Assembly: GCA_963724935.1 (NCBI GenBank)
Contig: CAVRWK010000003.1
Span: 75,697-139,696 of the forward strand
Direction: 5' to 3'
Length of the DNA stretch: 64,000 bases
Source: Vulcanimicrobiota bacterium
GTDB lineage: Bacteria > Vulcanimicrobiota > Vulcanimicrobiia > Vulcanimicrobiales > Vulcanimicrobiaceae
Shown here piece by piece: positions 18,761-31,978 of the stretch. The stretch's first letter is position 1. Each line of letters starts with the position of its first letter. The notes beneath the pieces were generated by a model. The model saw only the letters and a list, made by a program, of their open reading frames with translations, searched no databases and was not told where the DNA came from. A program made the translations under genes and the position numbers.

Positions 18761-19263
18761 CAGCCGTGTACGCGGCCGAGCCGCTGGAGCACCGGCGACA
18801 TGTTGACGAAGGCCAGCGCTAACGCCAGCGCGTCGGATACGTCCTCGGGCTCCGGAGCGCGCCGCAATCCGAGGAGTTGCGTGACCATTGCGTTCACTTG
18901 ATCCTTGCGTGCGCTGCCCGAGCCGACCAGCGCCCGCTTGACGTGCGAGTGGCCGATCGAATGCACCGCGAGGCCGGCCTGCGCGGCCGCCAAGCATAAC
19001 ACGCCGCGGGCGTGGGCCATGAGAATTGCCGTCCCTGGGTTGCGATACGTGGTATATAGTTCTTCGATCACGATCGATTCGGGTTGCGTCTGCGAGATCA
19101 CGTCGGTAATACCGGCGTGCAGTTCGCACAAGCGCCGTTCGAGCGTGTCGCTCGCGCGCGGACGCACCACGCCGGCTTCGATCAGCCGCATGCGGACGTG
19201 CGTTCCTTCGACGACGCCGTATCCAGTAGTTCGCAACGCCGGATCGATGCCTAATACGCGCAT
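18760..19263 (-). CDS. ruvC: crossover junction endodeoxyribonuclease RuvC
   Basis: 167-aa ORF starting MRVLGIDPALRTTGYGVV, with the catalytic acidic residues in their usual context (IVIEELY, DVSDALALAL). Confidence 0.9.
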   Translation of the reverse strand: MRVLGIDPALRTTGYGVVEGTHVRMRLIEAGVVRPRASDTLERRLCELHAGITDVISQTQPESIVIEELYTTYRNPGTAILMAHARGVLCLAAAQAGLAVHSIGHSHVKRALVGSGSARKDQVNAMVTQLLGLRRAPEPEDVSDALALALAFVNMSPVLQRLGRVHG

Positions 19264-19273
19264 ACGATGCGAA

Positions 19274-21361
19274 CTATTGCGGGCCGGTGCCGTTGACGAT
19301 CAACGTCACGCTCGACCCGGGCGGAAGGCTCGTTCCGACGGCCGGATCGGTACCCACGGCACGGCCGCCCGCGCCGGCGTTGTTGGTGTACTGTATGTGC
19401 TGCACCGAATAGCCGTAACTCGCCAGCATCGACTTGGCCTGCTCGGCCCCCATGCCTTCGGTGTCGGGGACTTCACCCGACACGCTAACTGTCAGCGTTA
19501 CCGGCGAGCCTTGCGAGAGCGGTGTTGACGCCGACGGATCTTGCGCGACGACCGCAATCGGCCGGTTCTGCGGGAGATTCGCTTGCACTTGAAACTGCAT
19601 GCGCGCACTAAAGCCGGCTCCCGTTATCGCGCTAACGGCTTCCTGATAGGTGCGTCCGACCACGCCGGGAACGGCGGTCGTCGCCCCACTGGTCGGTTGC
19701 GCCGGAACGTCTTGTTCGCCGGTGCTCACGACCGCCCCGACGGCTTGTCCGGGCCCGAGCTGTTGACCCGCAGTCACGTTTTGCGATGCGATCGTATCGG
19801 CCGGAACGCCGGTCACGGCTTGCTGCGTTAAGGTGAGCGTGATGCCCAGCTTCGCCGCCAGCGCTTGTGCTTTGTCGGAGGTCAAACCGACGAACTTCGG
19901 CACGTCGATGGGTTTGGGACCATCCGAAACGATCAGCGTGATGCGGCTCGCTTGCGGTACTTGCGTTCCGGCCTTCGGCTTTTGATCGATAACCGTGTCT
20001 TTGAGCGTGCTATCGAATTGGCGGACGACGGTCACGGCGAACCCGAGATGTTGCAGAATGCGCTGCGCGTCGACGCCCGTAAATCCGCGCGCGTCCATCA
20101 ATCCGACCGTCGGCTTTCCGTTGCTCACCACCAGCTCGACCAGTGAATTCGGATCGACTTTGGTGCCCGCCGGCGGATTTTGGCGGATGACGTGATTCAT
20201 CGCAACCGTGTCGCTCGGGCTCTTGACGAAGCGAACGCGCAAACCGCCGTTCACTGCGGTTTGCTGGGCCTGAGCGTCGCTCATATTGGTGAAGTCCGCG
20301 ACGGCGATCGAGGTTTTGAGCGACGGCAGCGGACGCCCGAAGAAATAATAGCCGGCGCCGGTTGCGGCCGCCAAGAACGCGAGCAACAGCACGATCGTTC
20401 CGATGTAATTTCGGCCTTCGCGTTCGTCGGCGACCGTGCGGTCGGGCATCGGGGTCCGGCGCGGCGGCAAGGGCCGTGCCGCGTTCATCGCCTGCGTCGG
20501 CGCGTCGTCGGAAATGCGATAACCGGCAACGCTGGGGCGCTCGCGCGCTTCGCGTAATGCGGTTGCCAACTCGGCGGCCGACGTAAAACGATTCTCCGGG
20601 CGCTTCTGCAGCAGCCGGTTGACGATCGCCGCCAGCGCCGGACTCACGCCCAGCCGCCCGGCGGGAACGGTCGGCACCGGATCGCCGATGTGTTTGAGCG
20701 CCACCGTCACCGGCGACTCGCCCGAATACGGCAGGTCGCCGGTCAACATCTGGTACAGCACGACGCCCAAACTGTATAAGTCGGACGTCTCGTGCAGGTC
20801 GTGGCCTTGCGCCTGTTCGGGCGAAATGTAATAGACGCTGCCCATCACCAAGCCCGGCTTGGTGAGTGCCATGGTTTGAGTCGAGACGGCGCGCGCTATC
20901 CCGAAGTCCGACAACTTCACGACGTCATCTTTGGTGACCAGAATATTGGCCGGCTTGATGTCGCGGTGCAACAGGCCGGTGCGATGCGCGTACGCCAAAC
21001 CGCTGGCGATTTGGATACCGTAGTCCAACGCCACCGGTTCGGGCAGCTTGCCGTCGGCCGCAATGATATCGGCCAGCGAGGGACCGTTGACCAGTTCCAT
21101 GACGATGTAGTACGCGTCGCCTTCATGGCCCACGTCATACGTATTGACGATATTGGGATGCGAAAGTCGCGCGGCCGATTCGGCCTCTTGGTAGAAGCGC
21201 CGGACAAACTCTTGGTCGGCGGCGTACTGTTCGCGCAATACTTTGATTGCGACGCGACGGCGGAGCACCGTATCGATACCGCCGAAGACCGTTGCCATGC
21301 CGCCTTCACCGAGCTTTTTGTCCAGCTTGTAGCGGTTGTTGAAAATCCGCTCTTCGATCAC
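19274..21361 (-). CDS. Ser/Thr protein kinase with five PASTA repeats (PknB/Stk family)
   Basis: ORF 19274..21901 trimmed to GTG 21361 (GTGA overlap with the PBP stop). Kinase motifs GEGGMATVF, AIKVL, HRDIKPANIL, DFGIA, SPEQ. One TM helix (IGTIVLLLAFLAAATGAGYYF), then about 5 PASTA-like repeats. Confidence 0.9.
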   Translation of the reverse strand: MIEERIFNNRYKLDKKLGEGGMATVFGGIDTVLRRRVAIKVLREQYAADQEFVRRFYQEAESAARLSHPNIVNTYDVGHEGDAYYIVMELVNGPSLADIIAADGKLPEPVALDYGIQIASGLAYAHRTGLLHRDIKPANILVTKDDVVKLSDFGIARAVSTQTMALTKPGLVMGSVYYISPEQAQGHDLHETSDLYSLGVVLYQMLTGDLPYSGESPVTVALKHIGDPVPTVPAGRLGVSPALAAIVNRLLQKRPENRFTSAAELATALREARERPSVAGYRISDDAPTQAMNAARPLPPRRTPMPDRTVADEREGRNYIGTIVLLLAFLAAATGAGYYFFGRPLPSLKTSIAVADFTNMSDAQAQQTAVNGGLRVRFVKSPSDTVAMNHVIRQNPPAGTKVDPNSLVELVVSNGKPTVGLMDARGFTGVDAQRILQHLGFAVTVVRQFDSTLKDTVIDQKPKAGTQVPQASRITLIVSDGPKPIDVPKFVGLTSDKAQALAAKLGITLTLTQQAVTGVPADTIASQNVTAGQQLGPGQAVGAVVSTGEQDVPAQPTSGATTAVPGVVGRTYQEAVSAITGAGFSARMQFQVQANLPQNRPIAVVAQDPSASTPLSQGSPVTLTVSVSGEVPDTEGMGAEQAKSMLASYGYSVQHIQYTNNAGAGGRAVGTDPAVGTSLPPGSSVTLIVNGTGPQ

Positions 21362-22764
21362 GGACCTGCGCTTTGCAGAGCGGTTGACAAGACGTCGCGC
21401 GCAATCGGGCCTGCGTAGGTCGCGCCGTACCCGACGTTCTCGACGACGACCGCCACCGCGACGCGCGGATGTTCGGCCGGCGCGAAGCAGACGAACCACG
21501 AGTGGGAGCGCCCCAACGGGTTGGTCGCGGTACCGGTCTTTCCGGCGACGGTGATATGCGGCAGCTTGGCCACGGTTCCGGTTCCGCGCTGCACCACAGC
21601 AATCATCATTGCCGTTACGTTCGCGGCGACCGCAGGCGATACCGGGTTCGAAAGGGCCGCCGACTGGGAGACGCTGGCCGGCACGCCGTCGCGCACGATT
21701 TGGCGCACCACGAACGGTCGTGGTTCCACGCCGTCCGCGGCGATGGTCGAACCAATCAGCGCCATCTGCAGCGGCGTCATCAGCAGCGCGCCTTGCCCGA
21801 AGCCCATCTGCGCCAGTTCGCCGGGCACGAGACCCGCTTGCGGGGGCACCGAAGCGCGCTCGGCCGGAAGTTGAAAATCGAGCGATTCGCCGATGCCCCA
21901 ACGGTCGAGATACCGGTAGTACGAATCCGTGCCCATCTTCAGGGCGATTTGGGCGAAGTTGACGTTACTCGATAGCGCGAACGCCGTGGTGAGATCGGCG
22001 TACCCCGTTGCTTCACCCTCGTTGTCGTGCAGCGTAAAGTCACCGATTTGAAAATATCCAGGATCGTCGAAGTGCGATTGCATCGTCACGGTGCCGTTGT
22101 CGAGGGCGGCCGCCGCAGTGAAAATTTTGAATGTCGAACCCGGCGGATACAGTCCGGCGAGCGCGCGATTGAGCAGCGGGCTGTGCGTGTCGGCCGATAG
22201 TTGCGCAAACTCGTTATCGAAGTCGTTGGGATCGTAACTCGGCACGCTTCCAAGCGCGAGCACCGCGCCGCTACGCGGGTCCAACACGACGCCCGCGGCG
22301 CGCGGATACTTCGACAGCAAATCGAACAGACGTTGCTGCACCGGCGGCACGATCGTCGTCACGACATCGGCGCCGTGCTCGACGAGCGTTTGGCCGTGCA
22401 GAGCGGCAACGATGGTCGCAAGTTGCGCGCTCGGATCGCCGGCACTGTCGGGCGGCGTCAGCGCACGGTCGAAGGCTTGTTCGATTCCGCTGGTCCCGTA
22501 GCGCGTAGAGAGATAGCCGACGGTTTGCGCCAGCGCGGAACCCATTGGGTACTGTCGCCGGCCACCGACCGTTTCGGCCAGAACGGTCCCGTCGGTCGCC
22601 AAGATGCGCCCGCGCGCCGCATCGAGTAGCGCATGACGCGGATTATTCGGACGAGCCGCGATCGAGGGAGCGGCGACGACCTGAACGTAGGCTTGGCGCG
22701 CCGCCAAGATCGCAAACAGCAGAACGAAAAATCCCGACAGCGCCCGAATCGCGCGGTTGGTCAC
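21358..22764 (-). CDS. penicillin-binding protein 2 / PbpA-type D,D-transpeptidase
   Basis: 468-aa ORF with an N-terminal TM anchor and the motifs STFK (PPGSTFKIF), SSN (ALSSNVNF) and KTGT (AGKTGTA). Confidence 0.85.
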   Translation of the reverse strand: MTNRAIRALSGFFVLLFAILAARQAYVQVVAAPSIAARPNNPRHALLDAARGRILATDGTVLAETVGGRRQYPMGSALAQTVGYLSTRYGTSGIEQAFDRALTPPDSAGDPSAQLATIVAALHGQTLVEHGADVVTTIVPPVQQRLFDLLSKYPRAAGVVLDPRSGAVLALGSVPSYDPNDFDNEFAQLSADTHSPLLNRALAGLYPPGSTFKIFTAAAALDNGTVTMQSHFDDPGYFQIGDFTLHDNEGEATGYADLTTAFALSSNVNFAQIALKMGTDSYYRYLDRWGIGESLDFQLPAERASVPPQAGLVPGELAQMGFGQGALLMTPLQMALIGSTIAADGVEPRPFVVRQIVRDGVPASVSQSAALSNPVSPAVAANVTAMMIAVVQRGTGTVAKLPHITVAGKTGTATNPLGRSHSWFVCFAPAEHPRVAVAVVVENVGYGATYAGPIARDVLSTALQSAGP

Positions 22765-23462
22765 GCTTCGTTGACGTTCTCGCGCAACAGCGTGTAACCA
22801 CCATGCGTCCGCACGGCCATGTGCGGGCGTCCGTTACCGGCCGCAATGACGACGTTGACCGCCGCCAGAGCGGTCTCGTCCTCGATGGCCGTAGCCAACA
22901 GTACGATTTCGGCGTCACCCTCTGCCAAGAGCAGCGCCGAAACGTAGGCGCAACTGGGAATCGTTTCGAAGTGCCGCGTCTCGTACGGTGCTTCGTGCCA
23001 CGGGCCGCGCTTCCCGAATGCTTGTGAGTGGAAATCCCAGGCGCACAGCTGTTTCTCTTTCCACACGAATTCGTCTCGCACGCATAAGCGCCGGCAGGCC
23101 GCGCACTGCACGATCGACGCCGCCGGTTGCGCCAGCGCGTCGGCCACATCTTCGGGAAGATCTTCGATGTTGAGAACGGCGTCATCGTCGAGCGATTCCG
23201 GCAAGGCGGATTCCCAGCCGGTGCGAGCCAGCAACTCCACGTCACGCACGGGAGCCACGAACGCGCGGCGGTCTTCGGGCGCGAACGTGCGGTCCATCCA
23301 ATCTACCAAGCCGGAGAGCGCGATGCCGACGTTTTGCCAGGCGTCGCCAACCACCGCGCCGATGGGCGTCCATGCGATCGGGACGAGCCGTGCCGTGATC
23401 GCTCCGCCGCTGGGTCGGAAACTGTTGACGACGGCCAACGTGTTCTCGTTGCCGCCGAGCAT
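22761..23462 (-). CDS. hypothetical protein with Cys-rich central motif
   Basis: ORF 22761..23597 trimmed to ATG 23462, 20 nt after the carB stop. 4-nt overlap with the PBP gene. Contains CAACRRLCVRDEFVWKEKQLCAWDFH. No family recognised. Confidence 0.5.
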   Translation of the reverse strand: MLGGNENTLAVVNSFRPSGGAITARLVPIAWTPIGAVVGDAWQNVGIALSGLVDWMDRTFAPEDRRAFVAPVRDVELLARTGWESALPESLDDDAVLNIEDLPEDVADALAQPAASIVQCAACRRLCVRDEFVWKEKQLCAWDFHSQAFGKRGPWHEAPYETRHFETIPSCAYVSALLLAEGDAEIVLLATAIEDETALAAVNVVIAAGNGRPHMAVRTHGGYTLLRENVNEA

Positions 23463-23482
23463 GAAGACTTGCGGCTTTTCTT

Positions 23483-26691
<3,209 letters not shown>

Positions 26692-26742
26692 TTCATTGGC
26701 CTGCCGACGCTCGCAGTCCTGGAAAGCTTGGGGATGGCCCGA

Positions 26743-27642
26743 TTATTTTGAATCGATACTGACTACCGCCGCACGTGCATCGATGTTGTACGTTCGTAGC
26801 GGCATACCGCCCTTAGGATATTGATACAGCGCGAGAACGCCGCTTCCGGTTTCCGGACACAGCAACCGATCGTTGTAAATATACGTTGCGGCGCAGCCGC
26901 TCGAACCTCGCAACTCGGTCTTTCCGGTTACCGTGACGGTACTTCCCGCGACGCGGGTCTCGTAGTTAACCGCTTGCGCTGAGTCGTCGATGTTGAGCAC
27001 ATTCTTCGTATACTGAACGTTGCCGGCAAATCCGACGGCCGCGCCGCGGACCTTCAGAGGGCGGAGCTTCTTGGAGCCTTTCGGCAATTCGAAAAGAGCG
27101 AACGTCGATCGATAGCCGGTTCCGTCGCCGAACAAATTACCTTTTGAATCGTAGGTTAGGAAAGATATTTCGCTCAACCCGCGCACGATCTTCGGCTGCC
27201 CTTTTGCGTGTGCGAACAACGCGATGCTGCCGAGTCCGGACTGTACTTCGACGATGCCGACGGCCAGCGTGCCGCTGGTCGGATCGACGGCGCAACTTTG
27301 CGCGAATTCGCTTGGAGCGCGTAGTGTCGCAATCGGCGTCGTCCCGCCGTGTGCGAACTCCAGAATATCTTCGCCGATCACGAACCAAACGTTCCCTGCG
27401 GTATCGGTGCAGACGCCACCCGGAAGGTCCGGCAGGGTTTGCTGTAACGCGAACTTGGGGTAGCTGTACATTCCGGTTACGTAATTCGCCTGATCTACGA
27501 CGTAGACGAGCGGTTGCGCCACGCTATTCGCGGCGATTCCCGATATCGCGGTTGGTGTGGTTCCGGATCCCGCGCATCCGCCAAGGACCGCCGCGGCGAA
27601 AACCGCGGCGACGAAAGGACGACGCTTCCTTTGGAACCGCAT
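26743..27642 (-). CDS. beta-propeller-like lipoprotein (paralogue A)
   Basis: Intact 299-aa ORF with signal plus lipobox [23 protein letters not shown] and NHL-like units ([28 protein letters not shown]). Its ATG 27642 abuts the stop of the upstream paralogue. Confidence 0.6.
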   Translation of the reverse strand: MRFQRKRRPFVAAVFAAAVLGGCAGSGTTPTAISGIAANSVAQPLVYVVDQANYVTGMYSYPKFALQQTLPDLPGGVCTDTAGNVWFVIGEDILEFAHGGTTPIATLRAPSEFAQSCAVDPTSGTLAVGIVEVQSGLGSIALFAHAKGQPKIVRGLSEISFLTYDSKGNLFGDGTGYRSTFALFELPKGSKKLRPLKVRGAAVGFAGNVQYTKNVLNIDDSAQAVNYETRVAGSTVTVTGKTELRGSSGCAATYIYNDRLLCPETGSGVLALYQYPKGGMPLRTYNIDARAAVVSIDSK

Positions 27643-28557
27643 CTACTGCGAAATTCCGGGGCTGATCGCCAAAAACTGGTACGAGCCGGTCGAAATCATC
27701 TTGACCGCCTTTCCGCCCTGAGGGTATTTGAAGAGTTCGAGGTGCGTGCCAACCGTTACAAGGTGATCGTCCAAGAGGACATAGGGGTTACACTCGCCCT
27801 CACAATGCAAGTCAACCTGGCCGGTAATTTTTCCCGACGGTGCAATCTGATAGATTGGCTCGCCGTATGTCTCCGAATCCTGGAGGTTCATACTCTTCGT
27901 GACGCTGGACCATGCAAGATTTCCAGGATACTGAATCGTCGCTCCGGTGAGTGGGATGTTTTTGAACTTCCCTTTGCTAAACGAGCCATAAAAAAGCCGG
28001 CCTGACTGATTGGCGCCGTCGAGATAGAGCGTTCCGGTCGTACCGGCATAGGCGACGTAATTAACGATGAGAATGTTCGGACTTCGATAGAATTTCGGTT
28101 TTCCCGAGGCGCCCGTATATAGTGCGATATTCCCCGGACCGCTCTCCTCGGAAGTAAAGTTGCCGACAGCCAAATCTCCGGATTTAGGGTCGTACGCACA
28201 ACTGATCGGCTCATAGCCGTCGTCAGCTAAGGTGGCGATATGGCTGCCGGTATGCGAATATTCTTCAATCGTCGAGCCTCCCGTGTTCGCAACCCAAACG
28301 TTCCCCTCAGCATCGCTGCAGGCGCTGCCTGGTTTGTTTAATCCCGTAATTACTCCCAACAACTTTCCGCTCGGATATGCCAGCATATCGACGGCGTTCC
28401 CGTAATAGTCAACAACGAAGAGCGCCTCTTTTGTTTGGGTCGCGAGAGATGGCGCCATTGGCGTCGCGGGTACTTCGGTCGCGGATGAACTGCAAGCGGC
28501 GAGTGCACCGAAGCCCACCAATACACAAATGCGACCTGCTAAAATGCCGATTCTCAT
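27643..28557 (-). CDS. beta-propeller-like lipoprotein (paralogue B)
   Basis: ORF 27643..28743 trimmed to ATG 28557 (MRIGILAGRICVLVGFGALAA-C). Alignable by eye to paralogue A (DAEGNVWVANTGGSTIEEYSHTGSHIATL; ...LFKYPQGGKAV vs ...[11 protein letters not shown]). Confidence 0.6.
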   Translation of the reverse strand: MRIGILAGRICVLVGFGALAACSSSATEVPATPMAPSLATQTKEALFVVDYYGNAVDMLAYPSGKLLGVITGLNKPGSACSDAEGNVWVANTGGSTIEEYSHTGSHIATLADDGYEPISCAYDPKSGDLAVGNFTSEESGPGNIALYTGASGKPKFYRSPNILIVNYVAYAGTTGTLYLDGANQSGRLFYGSFSKGKFKNIPLTGATIQYPGNLAWSSVTKSMNLQDSETYGEPIYQIAPSGKITGQVDLHCEGECNPYVLLDDHLVTVGTHLELFKYPQGGKAVKMISTGSYQFLAISPGISQ

Positions 28558-28616
28558 AATCGATTTTCTTCGCCGGGTCGAAGTCCGTTCCTTATCCGGC
28601 GCCGCCGCCGCAATCA

Positions 28617-29272
28617 CTACGGCTGGAGGCGAACGGCGCTCCACCCATCGTGCGAACGTTCGAAGCGCATTCGATCGTGCAGCCGGTTGGGACGGCTTTG
28701 CCAGAATTCGAAGCGCTGCGGGACGATCAGGTAGCCGCCCCACGAATGCGGACGCGGCACGTCTTCTCCCTCAAAGCGGGCTTGAAAGTGCTCGAAACGC
28801 TCTTCCAACAGTGCGCGCGAGTCGACCGGTTCGCTTTGCTCCGACGCCCACGCGCCCAAGCCGATGGCCGCGCGGGCGCGACTCGAAATAGGCGTCCGAT
28901 TCGTCATCGGATAAAGCGCGCGCCACGCCCTCGAGGCGCACTTGCCGTTCCAGCGCGGCCCAGCGCAGCACGGCCGCGACGCGCCGGGATCGTCGCTGAG
29001 TTCGCGCCCTTTGCGGCTGAAATACGACGTGTAGAAACGCAAGCCGCGCACGTCGAGTCCACGCAGCAGCACCATGCGCGCCGACGGCTGTCCCTGTGCG
29101 CTCGACCGTGGCCACGCACATCGCGGTCGGCGGTCGATCGAATGTCGCGTCGCGTGCCGCTTCGATCCAGCGCGCCAGCGCGTGAAAGGATCGTCGCCGA
29201 AGCGACGTCGTACGGGCGGCTATCACGGATACCGTCCCAGTCGCCAAGCCGCGTAACGAACGCCACGATCAT
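28617..29272 (-). pseudogene. pdxH: pyridoxamine 5'-phosphate oxidase, >=5 frame changes
   Basis: PNPOx segments lie in different frames: DDPFT / [24 protein letters not shown] / [34 protein letters not shown] / [34 protein letters not shown] / [10 protein letters not shown]...WGGYLIVPQRFEFWQSRPNRLHDRMRF...RLQP. ATG 29272 overlaps (ATGA) the stop of the preceding vWA gene. Confidence 0.7.
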
Positions 29273-30164
29273 GCCAAACCGCCGCCGGCCATCGCGAACG
29301 CGAGCGACGCGTCGATCGTGTTTGCGTCGATCGTCGTCAGGCGCGCCGAGCCGCGCCAAGCGCGTCGTGCAGTTGCACTGCATTTTCGACGCGCGCGTAC
29401 GCGCCGCCGCTGGCTTGCGCGTACTGAGCGCAAGCGCGTCTTCATCGATCGTGGCTTCGTCGTTGGTCCCGGGAATCATGCCGCCCGAGTTGCGTGCCGA
29501 TGCCGACCGTGTACATCGGAACATGGTGTGCGCCCAACCACTGCGCGATCTCGATCGGATCCGAACCAGCGTTATTGACGCCGTCGGTGATGAGGATGAC
29601 GACGCGATGGCCGGCATCGCGGCAAATTCGTGCCGCCAACTGCATCGCGTCGCCGATGGCCGTCGCGCCGTTCGGGTAGCGGCAAATTGTCGAGCGACTG
29701 CCGAAACGGCCTCGCGGTCGGCGCTGAGCGGCTGTACGAGCTCGGCCCGCCGGCAAACGCGATGATGCCGATCTTCGTCCCGGCCGGTGTTTCGTTGATG
29801 AACGCCCGCGCAGCAGCTTTCGCGGCCTGCGCACGCGTCGGCGCGACGTCGTTCGACGCCATCGAGCCGGACGTATCGATGCAGATGAACACGCTGTCCA
29901 TCGTGAATCGGCAGCGGCAACATGACATGCGGTCCGCCGAGCGCGAGCGCGAGCCGCCCGGCGACGCCTCCACTAAGCGATCGTTAGTGCGCGCGGAATC
30001 CATGCCCGCGGCTTGAGTCGCTGGGATGAAAAACTCGACGTTGGAATAGGCGAGATCGCGCGACGGTCGTTCGCCGCTGCGAGAACCACGTGAGTATAGC
30101 AGCGCGAAAGACGACGACGCCGGCGATTCCGGCGAACAGCCAGCCCGGATGATCGAACGCTCAT
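29269..30164 (-). pseudogene. BatA-like von Willebrand factor A membrane protein, >=4 frame changes
   Basis: Segments: MSFDHPGWLFAGIAGVVVF / LAYSNVEFF / DSVFICIDTSGSMASNDVAPTRAQAAKAAARAFINETPAGTKIGIIAFAG / NGATAIGDAMQLAA...VVILITDGVNNAGSDP...VPMYTVGIGT / ...FAMAGGGLA*. They lie in different frames. Confidence 0.65.
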
Positions 30165-30999
30165 CGTCGCGCGCCTCGCCGAAACGCAGTCCGAACGCGC
30201 CGCGCGATCGAGCCGCAGCCGTCGCTCTTCGTACAGCAGGCCGGTGCGCCAGTTCGCTATCGCGAAATGTTCCAGCAGCGCCGCCTCGCGCTCGCGAACG
30301 GCCCGAGCGGTACGCGTCGCGTTCGCGCTTGCCGATGTACGCGCGAACGTGGCCGCCTTCGGCGCCGCGCATGCGAACGATGCCCGCCAGCGGCAAGCCC
30401 GTCGTACCACGGATCGCGCGCGACCAGCGCCGTGCAATCGAAGCGCGCGCCAAGCGCGAGCAGCAAGCGGTCGTCGCCGCGTCGAGGTCGAACCAATCGC
30501 CGATCGCCAGCAACGCGGTGCCGCGCGGCAATGCGCCGCGCGCGTCGTGGAAGGTCGCGCGCACGGCATCGAACGTGCGCCGCGCTGCGCTGCAGCTCGG
30601 CGAAAACGGCGTGCGGCTTGCGCTGCAGCGCTGCGGGCGTGACGCAGTCGCCGGTGACGTGCATGCACCGATCGTCGCCGTTCGCGGCCGCGAACCAGCC
30701 TTCGGCCGCTTCGTGCGCCGCGGCATAGCAGCGGCCGCTGGCGGCCGACGCGCATCGAGGGCGAACCGTCGACGATGGCGGCCAAGCGTCAGCGCGACGT
30801 CTTCGAGAACGACCCGCGACTGCAATGTCGCCGGACGCGCGCGGTCGCCGCCCAATCGATGCGCCGCACGTCGTCGCCCGGGACGTAGGCGCGCAGCTCG
30901 ACGAATTCGTAGCCGTCGCCGCGATAGGTCGTCGGCGATCCCGCTCCGAGCGTTGCGCGGACGGCGTTTGCCACGCAACAACGCGTCGCGAATCGTCAC
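30161..30999 (-). pseudogene. DUF58-family protein (MoxR/vWA partner), several frame changes
   Basis: The DUF58 signature GDGYEFVELRAYVPGDDVRRIDWAATAR (ORF 30789..30974) is flanked by out-of-frame continuations. GTG 30999 lies 7 nt after the moxR stop. The predicted end overlaps the vWA start as ATGA. Boundaries are approximate. Confidence 0.6.
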
Positions 31000-31006
31000 G
31001 CTGCGA

Positions 31007-31978
31007 CTACGGCGCGGGAATCGCGGCGATCAGCGCGTCGATCATGCGGTCGACTGCGACGCCCTCGGTAGTCATCCGGTAGTTGAATCCAATGCGATGC
31101 CGCAGTGCGTGCGGCGCAACCGCCCGCACGTCGTCCGGCAACGCGAAGTCGCGCCCGGCGAGAAACGCACGCGCTCGCGCCAGATACGCCAGGGCAAGCG
31201 TCGCGCGGGGACTCGCACCGTAATCGATCAACTCGGCACATGAATCGTCCGCGCCCGCCGCGCTCGTCACCGAAACGCGGTCGCCTTCACGCGTGATCGC
31301 GACCAACTCGACGATATAGCGCTTCGAATTTTTCGTCGATGTGCACGGCGTGCGCTTTGCACGCGCCAAGCCGCGCACGTCGTCGAGCGTCGCGACCGCG
31401 CGCACGCGGCTGCGTATCGGCCACCGCGAACCGGTCGAGAATCGCGAGCTCTTCGTCGCGCGTCGGATAGCCGACGTTGACTTTCATCAGAAACCGGTCC
31501 ATCTGCGCGACCGGAAGCGCGTACGTGCCTTCGGATCGAGCGGATTCATGGTCGCCATCACGACGAACGGATCCGGCAGCGGATGCGTCTGCGGGCCGAT
31601 CGTGACCTGGCGCTCTTGCATCGCTTCCAATAGCGCGGATTGTACTTTGGCCGGCGCGCGGTTGATCTCGTCGGCCAGCACGACGTTGGCGAAGATCGGG
31701 CCGAGCACCGTGGTAAAGTCGGTTTCGCGCTGATCGAACACGCGCGTTCCGACGATGTCGCTCGGCAGCAGATCGGGCGTGAACTGAATGCGTTTGAACG
31801 TCGCCGTCGAGCGCGGCCGCGAGCGAGCGGCAGGCGAGCGTCTTGGCCAAGCCGGGCGGACCCTCGAGCAGCACGTGCCCGTTCGGAGAGCAGCGCGAGC
31901 AGGAGCGATTCGATCACATCGTGCTGTCCGACGATCGTTTCGGAGAGCGCGTCGACGAGGTCTTTGGGTATGCGTCAT
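31007..31978 (-). pseudogene. moxR: MoxR-type AAA+ ATPase, >=5 frame changes
   Basis: Segments: [27 protein letters not shown] / [24 protein letters not shown] / [21 protein letters not shown]...[32 protein letters not shown]...FVVMATMNP / [22 protein letters not shown] / C-terminal ...YGASPRATLALAYLARARAFLAGRDFALPDDV. They lie in different frames. Confidence 0.8.

Noticed and set aside
18760-19129. N-terminal extension of the ruvA ORF (ORF 18134..19129), and likewise of pknB (to 21901), rph (to 8974) and GH114 (to 1810)
   Set aside because: The extensions overlap the well-supported upstream genes in another frame and are Arg-rich. The homology-like sequence begins at internal starts that form classic stop/start overlaps.
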